In this document: positions 1 to 11,992 of the stretch, one piece after another | Numbering within the stretch: the stretch's first letter is position 1 | How the letters are laid out: each line of letters starts with the position of its first letter | The notes under the pieces: model-generated | Told to the model about the DNA's origin: nothing | Seen by the model: only the letters and a program-made list of their open reading frames with translations | The model's database searches: none | Source: an uncultured bacterium | GTDB lineage: Bacteria; Armatimonadota; Hebobacteria; CAIYQO01 | DNA length: 64,000 nt | NCBI GenBank assembly: GCA_964472305.1 | Contig: CAYYJR010000002.1 | Span: 38,882 to 102,881 of the forward strand | Direction of reading: 5' to 3' | Program-made: the position numbers and the translations under genes

Positions 1-1334
1 GGCGGAGCGGCAACCGCGGGCAGGGGATCGCGAATGATTGATTTTTTTTCGCCGTCCAGCGCCAATCCGGCGAAGAGTTGAATCTGCCCCAGCACTTCGG
101 CGCGCTCTTCCTCGTTGAAGATGGTGATGACGCCGTATTCGCCATCATAGCCGGGCACCGCGTGAATGTCGCCCGTGCGCATCTTCGCAATGGCGCGCGC
201 GAGCAACTCGCCGCCGGCGACGCGGATGGCGTCCAACTCCGCTTCACGCAGGATGAACAGTTCCGGGCCCACCTCGGCGAGCAGGCGGTCATACCACTGC
301 GTCACCTTTTTGCTCTGCGCGCCGGTCTCCCACACCTCGCCGAGGATCTCCGCCAGCGAAAGCAGGCGCTGAAAATCGCGCGCGCGTTCCGGTCTTGCAC
401 CGCGCGGGCGGTCAGCCAATTCCACCACCCGGTATTCCACCCCCAGCGTGAGCGCACCGCCGCAAATCGGGCAGCGCCCGTACAGCGTCCGGCTCTCTTC
501 CGGTGCGCAGGAGAAGTTGCACTTGCGGTGCCCGTCAAAATGATACTTTCCTTCTGCCGGGAAGAATTCCAGCGTTCCATGAAAGCCGTCGGTTTCGCGC
601 CGAAGCGCCTGCATTATCGCGGGATATTCCATCGCGCAGGAGAAGATGTTGGCTTCGCGGCCCAGCCTGGCGGGTGAATGAGCATCGGAGTTGCTGACCA
701 GCGTGTAGCGGTCGAGCCCGGAGACCATCCAGTTCATCGGCGGGTCGGATGACAGCCCCGTCTCCGCGGCGAAGATGTGGTCCGCCAGGTCGCGATAGCA
801 TGCGTCAATGGTGTCGAATCCCGATTTGGACCCGAGCACGGAGAACCACGGCGTCCAGATATGCGCGGGAATGAGTACCGCGGCGGGGTCGGCGTCGAGG
901 AGAATTTCCAGCAGGTCGCGCGAATCAAGTCCGAGGATGGGCCGCCCATCGGAGGCAATGTTGCCGACCCGTTCCAGCCGCGTTGCGAAACGCTCCGCGG
1001 CGTCAAGTCCCGGCAGGCAGACCAGATGGTGTACCTTGCGCGTGGCGCCGTCCACCTTATAAATTGTGCTGATTTCGCCGGTGAGCAGGAAGCGCACCTC
1101 GCTGCCCGCCGGCGTGGCGGGTGGGGCCGACTCCGCGCGCAGGCGATAGACGCCGTCTCCCGCCGGCTCTAGTTTTTCCACGATCTCCGCCAGCCAGCCG
1201 GGGTGCGTACAATCGCCGGTGCCGATCAGCCCGACGCCTTTCCGCTGTCCCCACGCGTGCAGCTGCTCGAAGCACAGCTCCGGCGAAGTGGCCCGCGAAT
1301 AGCGCGAATGAATGTGCAAGTCCGCGATGAACAT
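1..1334 (-). CDS. Endonuclease Q-like PHP-domain protein with Zn finger, possibly fused to a UvrD-type helicase; 3' end lies outside the window
   Basis: Absent from the ORF track because there is no stop in the window. Manual translation from ATG 1334 gives MFIADLHIHSRYSRATS...KGVGLIGTGDCTHP...IPAHIWTPWFS...ETGLSSDP...SNSDAHSP...GKYHFDGHRKC...CPICG...PGYDGEYG, and the frame stays open to position 1. Confidence 0.88.
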   Translation of the reverse strand, partial: MFIADLHIHSRYSRATSPELCFEQLHAWGQRKGVGLIGTGDCTHPGWLAEIVEKLEPAGDGVYRLRAESAPPATPAGSEVRFLLTGEISTIYKVDGATRKVHHLVCLPGLDAAERFATRLERVGNIASDGRPILGLDSRDLLEILLDADPAAVLIPAHIWTPWFSVLGSKSGFDTIDACYRDLADHIFAAETGLSSDPPMNWMVSGLDRYTLVSNSDAHSPARLGREANIFSCAMEYPAIMQALRRETDGFHGTLEFFPAEGKYHFDGHRKCNFSCAPEESRTLYGRCPICGGALTLGVEYRVVELADRPRGARPERARDFQRLLSLAEILGEVWETGAQSKKVTQWYDRLLAEVGPELFILREAELDAIRVAGGELLARAIAKMRTGDIHAVPGYDGEYGVITIFNEEERAEVLGQIQLFAGLALDGEKKSIIRDPLPAVAAP

Positions 1335-1492
1335 GACGGCGTTTGGCCTTGATGCGGATGCTCACGCCTGAACGGTCAGGCGACAGTCAGCCGGCATTTT
1401 CAGAATGCTTCAGCGCATCCGGCAGTATTGAGTTCTCATGACTAATCCGGATTGGACGTCCGGCGACAGGCCGCCGGGATAGTGGATACCCG

Positions 1493-2362
1493 TTACTTCA
1501 TCCGTTCGCGCTGGCGATGCGCGGTGGTGAGCAGGGCTTCCAGGTGCGGAGCGTCGCCGGCGCGGATGGCATCGCGCCATTGTTCCAGCTCTGCCAGCAG
1601 CGCATTCAGTGCGGCAACGAGCCGGTCGCGATTGGTCAGGCAGATATCGCGCCACATGGTCGGGTTGGCGGCGGCGATGCGGGTGCTGTCGCGGAATCCG
1701 CCGGCAATGAACGGCAGCACCGCGTCGCCATAGGCGCTGCCCAGCACCTGGTTCGTCAGCGCAGCGGCTAACACGTGCGGCAGGTGGCTGGTGAGGGCGA
1801 CCAGCGCGTCGTGGGTATCGGCGTCAATCGGCAACGGGCGGGCGCCCAGCGTAATGATCAGTTCGCTCAGGTGCGCCGCCGCTTCGTCATTCCCGTCCGG
1901 CACGCACAGCGCCCAGGTAGCGCCGCGGTAGAGTTCGGCGCGCGCGTGCACCAATCCCGCGCGGTCGGAACCGGCCATGGGGTGCCCGCCGATGAACGCT
2001 GTTCCCGCCGGCATCACGGTGGCGGCGGCGTTCATCACCATGCGCTTGGTGCTGCCGACATCGGTCACGACCGCGCCGGGCCTCAGGTGCGGTGCCAGCA
2101 CGGCAAGCTGCTCGATGACCGTCTGCACCGGCGTGCACAGCACCACCAGGTCCGCCGCGCCCGCATCAGCCAGATCGGCGGAAAGGTGGGTGAAAACCGC
2201 CGCCGTGCCGCAACGCAGCGCGGCCGCTTCGTCCAACGTGGTCGTCCGGCGTGCGATGCCGGTGATTGCCATCCGCGGAAACTGCTGTCGCAGGTCTAAT
2301 GCCAGGCTGCCGCCCAGCAGACCGAGTCCGATAACGCTGCAATGTGTAAAAGGCATGCGCAT
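1493..2362 (-). CDS. tyrA: Prephenate/arogenate dehydrogenase
   Basis: GLGLLGGS Rossmann motif, DVGSTK, GGHPMAGS, HD...SHLPH, GGFRDSTRIA. Confidence 0.93.
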   Translation of the reverse strand: MRMPFTHCSVIGLGLLGGSLALDLRQQFPRMAITGIARRTTTLDEAAALRCGTAAVFTHLSADLADAGAADLVVLCTPVQTVIEQLAVLAPHLRPGAVVTDVGSTKRMVMNAAATVMPAGTAFIGGHPMAGSDRAGLVHARAELYRGATWALCVPDGNDEAAAHLSELIITLGARPLPIDADTHDALVALTSHLPHVLAAALTNQVLGSAYGDAVLPFIAGGFRDSTRIAAANPTMWRDICLTNRDRLVAALNALLAELEQWRDAIRAGDAPHLEALLTTAHRQRERMK

Positions 2363-2559
2363 ATTGTCCCGCGTCTCGGCGATCAGGTCAAGCCATCGGC
2401 GAAGGAATGATTGATGAAGGCGTTCTCACGGATGCGGTGGCCGTGAGAGGTTGTAAGCGTGACAATACGGTTCAGCGCCGGCATTCGGTTCTAGAAAGCG
2501 GTTGCATCATATTGCGGGGCTGGTGTATGCGAGCCGTTCAGGCCGAAAACCGTGCTCCC

Positions 2560-3885
2560 TCAACTGGTAAACGCGAACTCCTCCACGCGCAGGGCGGGGG
2601 TCAGGCAATAGATGCCTTCCATATTGACCAGGCGCGAAACGTTCTCGATGGCGCTCACGCGGCGGAGGGTATCGAGCACGCTCTGGGTGAAGCGCAGGTT
2701 CTTCACCGGGCGAGTGACAGCGCCGTGTTCGATAAGGAAGGTGCCGTCACGCGTCATGCCAGTAAGGATGGTCTCTTTGGGGTGGACGATATTCACGTAG
2801 TGGAAGCGGGTGACCAGCACGCCGCGCTCGATGCCGGCGAGCATGCGCGCGCGGCTGGCGGCGCCATGGTCGAGGACCAGGTTGAGCGGCAGCGGACCTT
2901 GCGGGTTAGGCGCGGGCAGCGCGTGACCAGTGGAGCGGGTCTTCTCCTTGTGGGCGGTTGCGGTGTCATAGACCACGCCCATCGCCGTGCCGCGATCGAA
3001 GAAAGGCACAACCTGGCGCGGCACGCCTTCGTCGTCGAAAGGCAGTCCGATCATCGCCGGATGATACGCGTCGTCGCGTAACGAAATGTTGTCGCCGACC
3101 AGTTTCTCGCCTACCCGGTCGCACATGAAGCTGCGGCCTTCCTGCAGGGCTGTGGCGCCCAGGCCGATGAACGCCAGCATCGCGAGCATCTCCGCCACGG
3201 CATAGGGTTCCAGGATCACGGTATAACGCCCCGGTTCCAGCGAGACGGGATCACCACTGGCGCGGCACAGCGCGGCGGCCTGACCGGCCACTTCGGCGGA
3301 GGGTGCGTCGTCGAGCACGCGGCCATCCCAGGCAGCATAACCGGAAGCGTCGCCGGCGGTCATGATAACCATCACGCTGCCGTCCACCCAGTTGTGAAAG
3401 GCGCGCACGCCCCGCGAATTGCCCACCGCCAGGGCGGAAAAACCGGTGGCGACATGCCCGGCGGCGGTGACCCCGTTGCCGGTGCCGGTGGAGATGATGA
3501 CGCCAGCATGCTGGGCGCGTCGCTCGGGGGTAAGGGCCGCGGGATCGGCGGTTGCCGCGGGGGTCGGGGTGATCAGTGCCGGATCGGGCAAGGTAGCGAA
3601 GTCGGGGTTGGCCGCCGACACGCGCGCAATGGCGAGAGCCCGGTCGACCAGTTCACGCAAACCGGCGGCATCCGCGCGGTTGGAGGTGGCCACCCCGCTG
3701 CGCTGACCCACGACCGCGCGCACGCGCGCCTCGGTATTGCTGATGGCGACATTCTGGTGAATGCCGCCGTTCGCCAGCCGTGTCAGCCCGTGTTGGTCCG
3801 CGCTCAGCCGCACCTCGGTCTGGTCGGCGGTGGAGTGGCGTAACGCCAACTCCACCAGGTTCAGCGCATCTTCGCGGGTGAGCAT
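2560..3885 (-). CDS. TldD/PmbA family protein (TldE-type)
   Basis: LTRLANGGIHQN, PGRYTVILEP, PFDDEG, STGHA, TGMTRDG; no HExxxH motif; AGGAG upstream of ATG 3885. Confidence 0.9.
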   Translation of the reverse strand: MLTREDALNLVELALRHSTADQTEVRLSADQHGLTRLANGGIHQNVAISNTEARVRAVVGQRSGVATSNRADAAGLRELVDRALAIARVSAANPDFATLPDPALITPTPAATADPAALTPERRAQHAGVIISTGTGNGVTAAGHVATGFSALAVGNSRGVRAFHNWVDGSVMVIMTAGDASGYAAWDGRVLDDAPSAEVAGQAAALCRASGDPVSLEPGRYTVILEPYAVAEMLAMLAFIGLGATALQEGRSFMCDRVGEKLVGDNISLRDDAYHPAMIGLPFDDEGVPRQVVPFFDRGTAMGVVYDTATAHKEKTRSTGHALPAPNPQGPLPLNLVLDHGAASRARMLAGIERGVLVTRFHYVNIVHPKETILTGMTRDGTFLIEHGAVTRPVKNLRFTQSVLDTLRRVSAIENVSRLVNMEGIYCLTPALRVEEFAFTS

Positions 3886-3970
3886 CGCCGGTGTTCTCCT
3901 CTGCCTGCAATTATCCGCGCCGCTGGCGATGGCGGATGGTTCATTGCGGGACAAAACGCGGCGCCGTCGT

Positions 3971-4387
3971 TTATTTCTCGGGATCGTGGCCCTTCGGCAT
4001 GATGAAAAACGATCCGTCCTCGACGTGGTGGTCGCGATTGGTGAAATAGTTCATCCAGGCGGATGTGTGCTGCAGTTGCCAGTCCACCGGCGGATTGATG
4101 TGACGGGGACGCCACCAGGATTTCGGGTAATACCGTTTTGCACGACGGATGGCACGCACCCAGCGGCATTCCATTTCGGGCTTCACTTCGCAGTGGCTGT
4201 TGGCGCGCACGCCGCCGCACGGGCCGTTGCGGAGCTGCTTGGGACAGGTCATCGGACAGGTCATGCCAAGGTCGTGCAATTTGCACTGGCCGCACATGCG
4301 ACAGCCGAAGAGCAGGTGCTTGGAGCAATATTCACCCCAGATAACCGCGGTGGTGAACTGCTTGCCGATCCATTCTGTGAACGTCAT
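3971..4387 (-). CDS. Methylenetetrahydrofolate reductase C-terminal (MetV-like) Cys-rich protein
   Basis: CRMCGQC...CPMTCPKQLRNGPCGG...CEV...C.W; GGAGG RBS upstream of ATG 4387. Confidence 0.85.
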   Translation of the reverse strand: MTFTEWIGKQFTTAVIWGEYCSKHLLFGCRMCGQCKLHDLGMTCPMTCPKQLRNGPCGGVRANSHCEVKPEMECRWVRAIRRAKRYYPKSWWRPRHINPPVDWQLQHTSAWMNYFTNRDHHVEDGSFFIMPKGHDPEK

Positions 4388-4683
4388 ACCGTGAATACCT
4401 CCGAACGAGAACGCTTCTATCATACCCGTGATTGGGGATGATTGGCAACGGCCTGGCCTCAGAACGCCTCGTGCGAATGCTCGGGCATGGTGAAAACAGG
4501 TGATAAGGGGTCGTTTTCATCGTCATACCGCGTTCCCCCTCCCGATTCTCGTGGTGTTCCGTCATACCAGTTCATCAGTCAGCCGGGGAAATCGATTGTC
4601 AGACATCCTGGTCTATGCTACGCTGTAAGTCCTGCCCGGCAGGCGCCGCAGCCGGGAGTCAGCGATGACGACGCGAGGTGAAT

Positions 4684-5814
4684 ATGACGACTACATCGTT
4701 ACGCGCGCAACTGGCCCTCGACACCCTGTTACAGCGTCCGACGCGGGGCGTACCGAGCTGGTTGCTCCATATCATGGAGCATAGCCAGATCGAACGATTG
4801 GCCGGCTGTCCGCCGGGATCGTATCAGCGCGACCCGGAGGCGACCTACCTGGCCTTTCAGCATGCGGTGGGCACCTGCCTGCTGGACCAGTGGATTCCCA
4901 CCAACCCGTTGAGCATGGGCGACCACGGCTACGAAGGCGCGGCGCACGGGGCCACCACCGGGGCGGAGGAGATTGTCTGCGACGACATCGTTATCGACTC
5001 GCCGGAAGCGGTCGTGCAGCACCTTGAAACGATCGTATTTCCGCGATTGCGCGCCGCGCTGGCGGCACCGTATGACGAAGACGCGCGCGTGCGCGAGATT
5101 CTCGACCAGGAGGCGGCCATTCAGCAGGTACTCGGTCCGGAGATTCTGAAGAGCGGTTACGGCTTCATCAGCTTCCCCGGATTTTCGTACAGCAGTTACG
5201 GCTACGCGAATTTCTTCATGGCTTACGCGCTATATCCCGAGGTGATGGAGCAGCATTTTTCCTTGCAGGCGGATTTGGCGTTGCGCAACAATCGCGCGGC
5301 GGCGCGCGCCTATACCGAAGGCAAGCTGCCGCCGCTCTACCGGCTCGACCACGACATCGCCGATTCGCGTGGCACGCTGGCGCACATCGAGAGCCTGGAC
5401 CGCCTGTGGTTGCCCCACTTCGCGCGTTGCCTGGAACCGTTGCTGCGGACCGATTTGCGCATGATCTGGCATTGCGACGGCAACCTGATGCTGATGGTGC
5501 CGCGCCTGCTGGAGGTGGGTATACGCGGCTTTCAGGGATTCCAGTATGAAGACGGCATGGATTACGAGCACATTTGCCGCATGAAAACGAAAGATGGCGA
5601 CGACTTGATCATCATCGCCGGCATCTCCGTCACCCGATCATTGCCGATGGGCACGCCGGCGGACGTAAAGCGCGAGATGGCATTCCTGGTCGAGCACGGG
5701 CCGAAGACGGGGCTGTTCCTCGGCGGCTCCAGCTCCATCACGCCGGGCGTGCCGTGGGAAAATATCCAGACTCTGGTCGAGGGATTGCACTATTACCGGA
5801 CACACGGCAGGTGA
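4684..5814 (+). CDS. Uroporphyrinogen decarboxylase / MtaA-like family protein
   Basis: DHDIAD, IWHCDGN, LPMGTPADV, GLFLGGSSSITPGVPWENI C-terminal signature. Confidence 0.8.
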   Translation: MTTTSLRAQLALDTLLQRPTRGVPSWLLHIMEHSQIERLAGCPPGSYQRDPEATYLAFQHAVGTCLLDQWIPTNPLSMGDHGYEGAAHGATTGAEEIVCDDIVIDSPEAVVQHLETIVFPRLRAALAAPYDEDARVREILDQEAAIQQVLGPEILKSGYGFISFPGFSYSSYGYANFFMAYALYPEVMEQHFSLQADLALRNNRAAARAYTEGKLPPLYRLDHDIADSRGTLAHIESLDRLWLPHFARCLEPLLRTDLRMIWHCDGNLMLMVPRLLEVGIRGFQGFQYEDGMDYEHICRMKTKDGDDLIIIAGISVTRSLPMGTPADVKREMAFLVEHGPKTGLFLGGSSSITPGVPWENIQTLVEGLHYYRTHGR

Positions 5815-5888
5815 CATCAGGAACCATTGCGCGTTGGCGTCGTCGGAGCGGCAGGCCGCCAACCGCGGCCGCGCCATGGCTTGAGCGA

Positions 5889-7556
<1,668 letters not shown>

Positions 7557-7757
7557 CTACAATAAACGCCTACGGGGATGTCATCCGTGTATTGGAGGCC
7601 GCAGGCCGGGGAGTCCGACAGTCGTACACCGGATTGCCTGGGATTATAACTTTCGGCATCCGCTCGCTTACCTCCTGCCGGTTCGAAAAAAAGTTACCCA
7701 CAGGCAGCGGTGGAAAACACGGGATGCCCTCCACCCGCCTTGGCAACCGGCTCGTTC

Positions 7758-8336
7758 TCACCCAGTCTCGCCGGTCACATCCAGCAACAGTTCCAGCATG
7801 CTCGGTGCTTCCGTCTGATCGCCGGCCGGCAGGTGGTCGCGCATCCACGCGCGCAGGCGCTCACGCGCCGCCGCCGCTTCCGCCGGCGCGATAATCACTT
7901 CGCACTCCAGGAAGTAGCGCGTTTCGCCGCGCAGCTCGAGCGCGTCGAGCGAGATGGTCGCCGCGTGCCGGTCGATGCACCCGCGATAATCCCACCGATG
8001 TTTGCGCAACAGCAGCGCCCCCGGCGCCGCTGCCAGCAACCGCTTCGCCTCCGCCGCCGACACCGCGTGCTCCTCTTCCAGGCGCACCGGATGTCCCTGC
8101 GCGTCGGTGGTCCACTGCTTGCGCGTGAGCAGAAAGGTGCCGCCGCGCGCGCGCAGGCGGGTGAAGTCATACCCGCCCCGCGCCCCGCGTGCGTAATGCA
8201 GGTAGTAATCGGTGAGCGCCGATTCCGCGCTGAAGCTGAACGCCAGCGCCGGCAGCACTGCCGGCATCCGCGCGAACTCCTCCGCGCTCAATCGTATTTT
8301 AATCTCCACCTCGGCTAGCGGCATCTGCTCGGACAT
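7758..8336 (-). CDS. CYTH domain protein
   Basis: N-terminal ExExK (EVEIK), RLR, LTRK, EEE, FLECE pattern. Confidence 0.8.
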   Translation of the reverse strand: MSEQMPLAEVEIKIRLSAEEFARMPAVLPALAFSFSAESALTDYYLHYARGARGGYDFTRLRARGGTFLLTRKQWTTDAQGHPVRLEEEHAVSAAEAKRLLAAAPGALLLRKHRWDYRGCIDRHAATISLDALELRGETRYFLECEVIIAPAEAAAARERLRAWMRDHLPAGDQTEAPSMLELLLDVTGETG

Positions 8337-8398
8337 GGCAATTCTCCCGGAACCGGAACTGCAAGGATGGCGACTCGCGACATCGGCTTGCTCATCGA

Positions 8399-9007
8399 TC
8401 AATCGCACGCGCCCAGGCACAGCGCGGCGGCAATGGCGGGGATAATGATCTCCTCACAACCGAGTGCGTTGGGGTGGATGCCGTCAGGAATGAAATGGTA
8501 GAACGTCGCCGCGTCGCGCTCGAGCAGCGCCTGCCAGGCAGGCTCGATGTCGATGAGCAGCAGGCCGCGCTCGCGGGCTATGTCGCGATAGAGTTGATAA
8601 TATGCCGCGTAGTTGGGGCGTGCTTCCAGGTGCGGCCCGGTGGGCGGATTCATCGTCAACAGGATGATCTCGGCATGCGGATTGACGTGCAGGATGCGGT
8701 CGATCATTAGTGCCAGATTGGCGCGCGCGGTCTCTATCGAGGTGGCGTAGGGTAGATAGGCATCGTTGATGGCAAACTCCAGCGTGACCACGTCGGGGTG
8801 GAATGCCAGCACGCGCTCGGTCAGGTTCTCGGCCCCCCACGTCGACCACATCGCTCCCATGCCGCTATTGGTCACCGTCACCCGGCCGGGAAAACGCGCA
8901 TCCAGCAGGTCGCGCAATTGCTCGACCCACGCCCCACCAGCCGTCAGACTGGTGCCATATGTGACGAGATGCTGTTTTCGTCCCGCCATGAGCTGTTCGG
9001 TAAACAT
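8399..9007 (-). CDS. SGNH/GDSL hydrolase
   Basis: YGTSLT block I, NSGMG, EFAIND, DGIHP. Confidence 0.88.
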   Translation of the reverse strand: MFTEQLMAGRKQHLVTYGTSLTAGGAWVEQLRDLLDARFPGRVTVTNSGMGAMWSTWGAENLTERVLAFHPDVVTLEFAINDAYLPYATSIETARANLALMIDRILHVNPHAEIILLTMNPPTGPHLEARPNYAAYYQLYRDIARERGLLLIDIEPAWQALLERDAATFYHFIPDGIHPNALGCEEIIIPAIAAALCLGACD

Positions 9008-9027
9008 GCGCGCTCCTTCATCGTGAA

Positions 9028-10050
9028 TCAAGGCTCGATAACGATTTTGATATTATCACGCCCTTCAGTCACCATGCGCAAGGCTTCGCCCCAACCGTCC
9101 AGCGGAAAAGTATGGGTGACCATTTCGTTGACAGTAATGACGCCCGCATTGATTAAGCGGACGGCGCGGTCGAAGGTGTGCGCCTGTGAGAAGGAGCCCA
9201 GCAGCGTCAGCTCGCGCCGGAATATCTCGTAGGGGCTGATCGAGATGCGCTCTTCCTCGCGCGCGACGCCGTAAAACACCACCTTGCCGCCGTGGCGGGC
9301 ATATTGCGGCAGCGCCTCCATCACCTGACTCACCCCGGTGGCATCGATGACAATATCGAAGCCGCACGGACAGCGGTCGCGGATCGCCTGCGCATGCGCC
9401 TCCGGGTTGTCGCGCTGCACCAGCACCGTCTCAGCGCCGGCATCGCGCGCCGCCAGCGCCAGCTTGGCCGGCGACAAGTCGGCCAGCACCAGCGTGCCCG
9501 CGCCGTTGCGGCGCAGCAGTTGCGCCAGGATCAATCCCGTCGGCCCAGCGCCGAATTGCAGCACCTCATCACCCGCGCGCGGGGCAATGACGTCGATGCC
9601 ATGCACCGCGCACGCTGTCGGCTCCACCAGTGCGCCTTCGCGGAAACTGACGGTGTCGGCCAGCGGATACACCTGCCGCTCGTCCACCAGCACGTATTCC
9701 GCGAAGCCGCCCGGCGCGTTTACGCCTTGCGCGTAGAGCCGCTCGCAAAACAACGGCTGGCCGCGCCGGCACGCGTTGCATGCCCCGCACTGGCGCTCGT
9801 TGTCCGCCGTCACGCGGTCACCCGCCGCTACCCGCGTCACCGCCCCGCCCACCGCCGCCACTTCACCGGCGAACTCATGGCCGGGAATGAGCGGGAAGGT
9901 GGAGATGAAGCGGCCATGGTGAATATGCACGTCCGTCTTGCATACCCCGCAGGCGCGCACGCGGATCAACACTTCCGTACCGCATGGCCGCGGCGTGGGG
10001 ACGTCGGTGATGGCGAAGACGCCGGGCGCGGAATAGAGCAGTGCTTTCAT
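9028..10050 (-). CDS. Zn-dependent alcohol/polyol dehydrogenase
   Basis: CGVCKTD, GHE, CGACNAC..FC structural Zn site, GAGPTG. Confidence 0.93.
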   Translation of the reverse strand: MKALLYSAPGVFAITDVPTPRPCGTEVLIRVRACGVCKTDVHIHHGRFISTFPLIPGHEFAGEVAAVGGAVTRVAAGDRVTADNERQCGACNACRRGQPLFCERLYAQGVNAPGGFAEYVLVDERQVYPLADTVSFREGALVEPTACAVHGIDVIAPRAGDEVLQFGAGPTGLILAQLLRRNGAGTLVLADLSPAKLALAARDAGAETVLVQRDNPEAHAQAIRDRCPCGFDIVIDATGVSQVMEALPQYARHGGKVVFYGVAREEERISISPYEIFRRELTLLGSFSQAHTFDRAVRLINAGVITVNEMVTHTFPLDGWGEALRMVTEGRDNIKIVIEP

Positions 10051-10262
10051 AGTGACTTACCTCGATGCGTGGGAATGATGCCCATCTTATCGCGTCGCGT
10101 CACGCCGCGCAAGGACGAAGGCCCGCCCGCTGGGCGAGTGATCTCCAACATCGGCGGACAGGTCGTGTTTTCACCGTGGCACGGTGGGCACACTGCTACT
10201 GGCGGCAGCATCCGCGGCTTGCCGCGCACACATACCATGGAAAGTGAGCACAGGTACGCACA

Positions 10263-10721
10263 ATGGCACAGGCAACATTTGGCGCTGGATGTTTCTGGGG
10301 GGTGGAGGCGGCATTTCGCACGGTGCCGGGAGTCATCGCGACCACGGTCGGCTATGCGGGGGGCGACACGCCGGACCCGAGTTACGCGCAGGTCTGTGGA
10401 GGAAAGACCGGACATACGGAAGTGGTGCAGATAGAGTACGATTCCGACCGTGTCAGTTACGCGGAACTGCTCGATCTGTTCTGGCGTATCCATGATCCGA
10501 CTATGCGGCAGAAGAGGCAGTATCGGTCCGTCATTTTCTACCACACCCCGGAGCAGCGAACGGAAGCCGAGGTCGCGAAGGAACGCCTGGATCGTTCCGG
10601 CGTCGTGCCGCGTCCGATCCTGACCGAAATTCTCCCCGCTCCCCCCTTCTACCGGGCGGAAGAGTATCACCAGCGGTATTTCGAGAAGCACGGCATCCAG
10701 GGGGGTGCGTGCGGGGTGTGA
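10263..10721 (+). CDS. msrA: Peptide-methionine (S)-S-oxide reductase
   Basis: GAGCFWG, GYAGG, GHTEVV, HDPT, QYRS, AEEYHQ. Confidence 0.96.
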   Translation: MAQATFGAGCFWGVEAAFRTVPGVIATTVGYAGGDTPDPSYAQVCGGKTGHTEVVQIEYDSDRVSYAELLDLFWRIHDPTMRQKRQYRSVIFYHTPEQRTEAEVAKERLDRSGVVPRPILTEILPAPPFYRAEEYHQRYFEKHGIQGGACGV

Positions 10722-10808
10722 CCCGGCGGGGAAATGTCCCCGACGTTGCGGCCATATCGGTCGGCGGCAGCATCGAGGACCGGTAATGAATCTTTTCAAA
10801 ACAGTGTC

Positions 10809-11822
10809 TTACACTGTCACTTCCGTCAGGCAGTGATCGGCGGCATGCTGGATGGTGAGGGTGACGCGGGTGGCTTCCAGCACGTCGGCGGTGCTCAGTG
10901 TGACGCCGGCGGATTCGCCGCGGATTTGTGCGGTGAAGGAGGTCAGGTAGGCGCCGGAGGATGTCGCCGGCGGCGGCAGGATCTCCGGCGTGTCGGCGCC
11001 GTTGCGATACAGCAGCGTCGGCGTGTTCAGACCGCCTTCCACGACGCCTGCCGTGCCCCAGCAGGTGATGCGCCAGTATTGCGGCAATGTGTAGCCGAAG
11101 CTCTCCGGCACCAGGTACGAGACATCGCCCAGCACGCCGGCGCCGTTGTTCAGCGTCAGCATCATCTGCGCGGCATCCTGGAACTGCGGCGCCTGCGGCA
11201 GGCGGGCGTTCCACGCGCGGGCGGCGTTCACCCGCGCCACGCGCAGGTCGGTCGCCCAGGGGATGAAGTCGATGGCATGGATGGCGATGTCGTTGATGGT
11301 GCCGCCGTGCCGGCCCGGCGTGAAATACCAGTCGGGCCGCGTGCCGTAGTTGAGCGGATGCTGACCGGTAAAGCCGAGGGCGTGCACCTCGCCGATCAGC
11401 CCGTCACGCAGCGCATGGCGCAACCCGAGCAGCGCCGGGAATTCGCGTAGATCCAACTGGCAACCGACCGCCAGCCCATGCTCACGCGAGAGCCGGGCAA
11501 TCGTTTCATATTCTTCCAGCGAGGTGCACAGCGGTTTGTCGCTGATGACGTGCTTGCCGCGCCGCAATGCCTCGATGGCGATGGCGCCGCGCTTGCCGTA
11601 ATAATCGCCGATCGCCACCGCGTCGCACGGCACCGCATCCAGCATGCGCGCGTAGTCCTCATGCGTGATCGGCACGTTGCCCGTCGCCATCGTTGCGCGG
11701 GTTGCCGCGTCTTCCTCGCACGCCGCGACGATCGCGATGTCGTCCCGCTCCCTGGCGAGGTGATAGAGGCTGAAGATATGCCCATGTCGAAAGCCCATGA
11801 AGGCCAGGCGAATCGGTTGCAC
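10809..11822 (-). CDS. Gfo/Idh/MocA family oxidoreductase
   Basis: GKHVISDKP, GGTINDIAIH; AAGGAG upstream of GTG 11822. Confidence 0.88.
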   Translation of the reverse strand: MQPIRLAFMGFRHGHIFSLYHLARERDDIAIVAACEEDAATRATMATGNVPITHEDYARMLDAVPCDAVAIGDYYGKRGAIAIEALRRGKHVISDKPLCTSLEEYETIARLSREHGLAVGCQLDLREFPALLGLRHALRDGLIGEVHALGFTGQHPLNYGTRPDWYFTPGRHGGTINDIAIHAIDFIPWATDLRVARVNAARAWNARLPQAPQFQDAAQMMLTLNNGAGVLGDVSYLVPESFGYTLPQYWRITCWGTAGVVEGGLNTPTLLYRNGADTPEILPPPATSSGAYLTSFTAQIRGESAGVTLSTADVLEATRVTLTIQHAADHCLTEVTV

Positions 11823-11992
11823 GGTGATGCTCCTTGTCGTGTGCCATACGAAGAGCGAGGCGCGTCGGGCCTTGCCCTTCCGCTGATTGTACCGGAATGT
11901 GGGCGAACCTCCAAGGGATATCGCGCGCCCCTTGCTTCTCGGCGCGCGATACACTACCATATCAGCAGTCTTTCCGCGAGAAGAGGGGTATC

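Noticed and set aside
10263-10721. Selenocysteine MsrA or other stop-codon readthrough
   Set aside because: The active site is TGT (Cys) and the terminal TGA follows a complete domain
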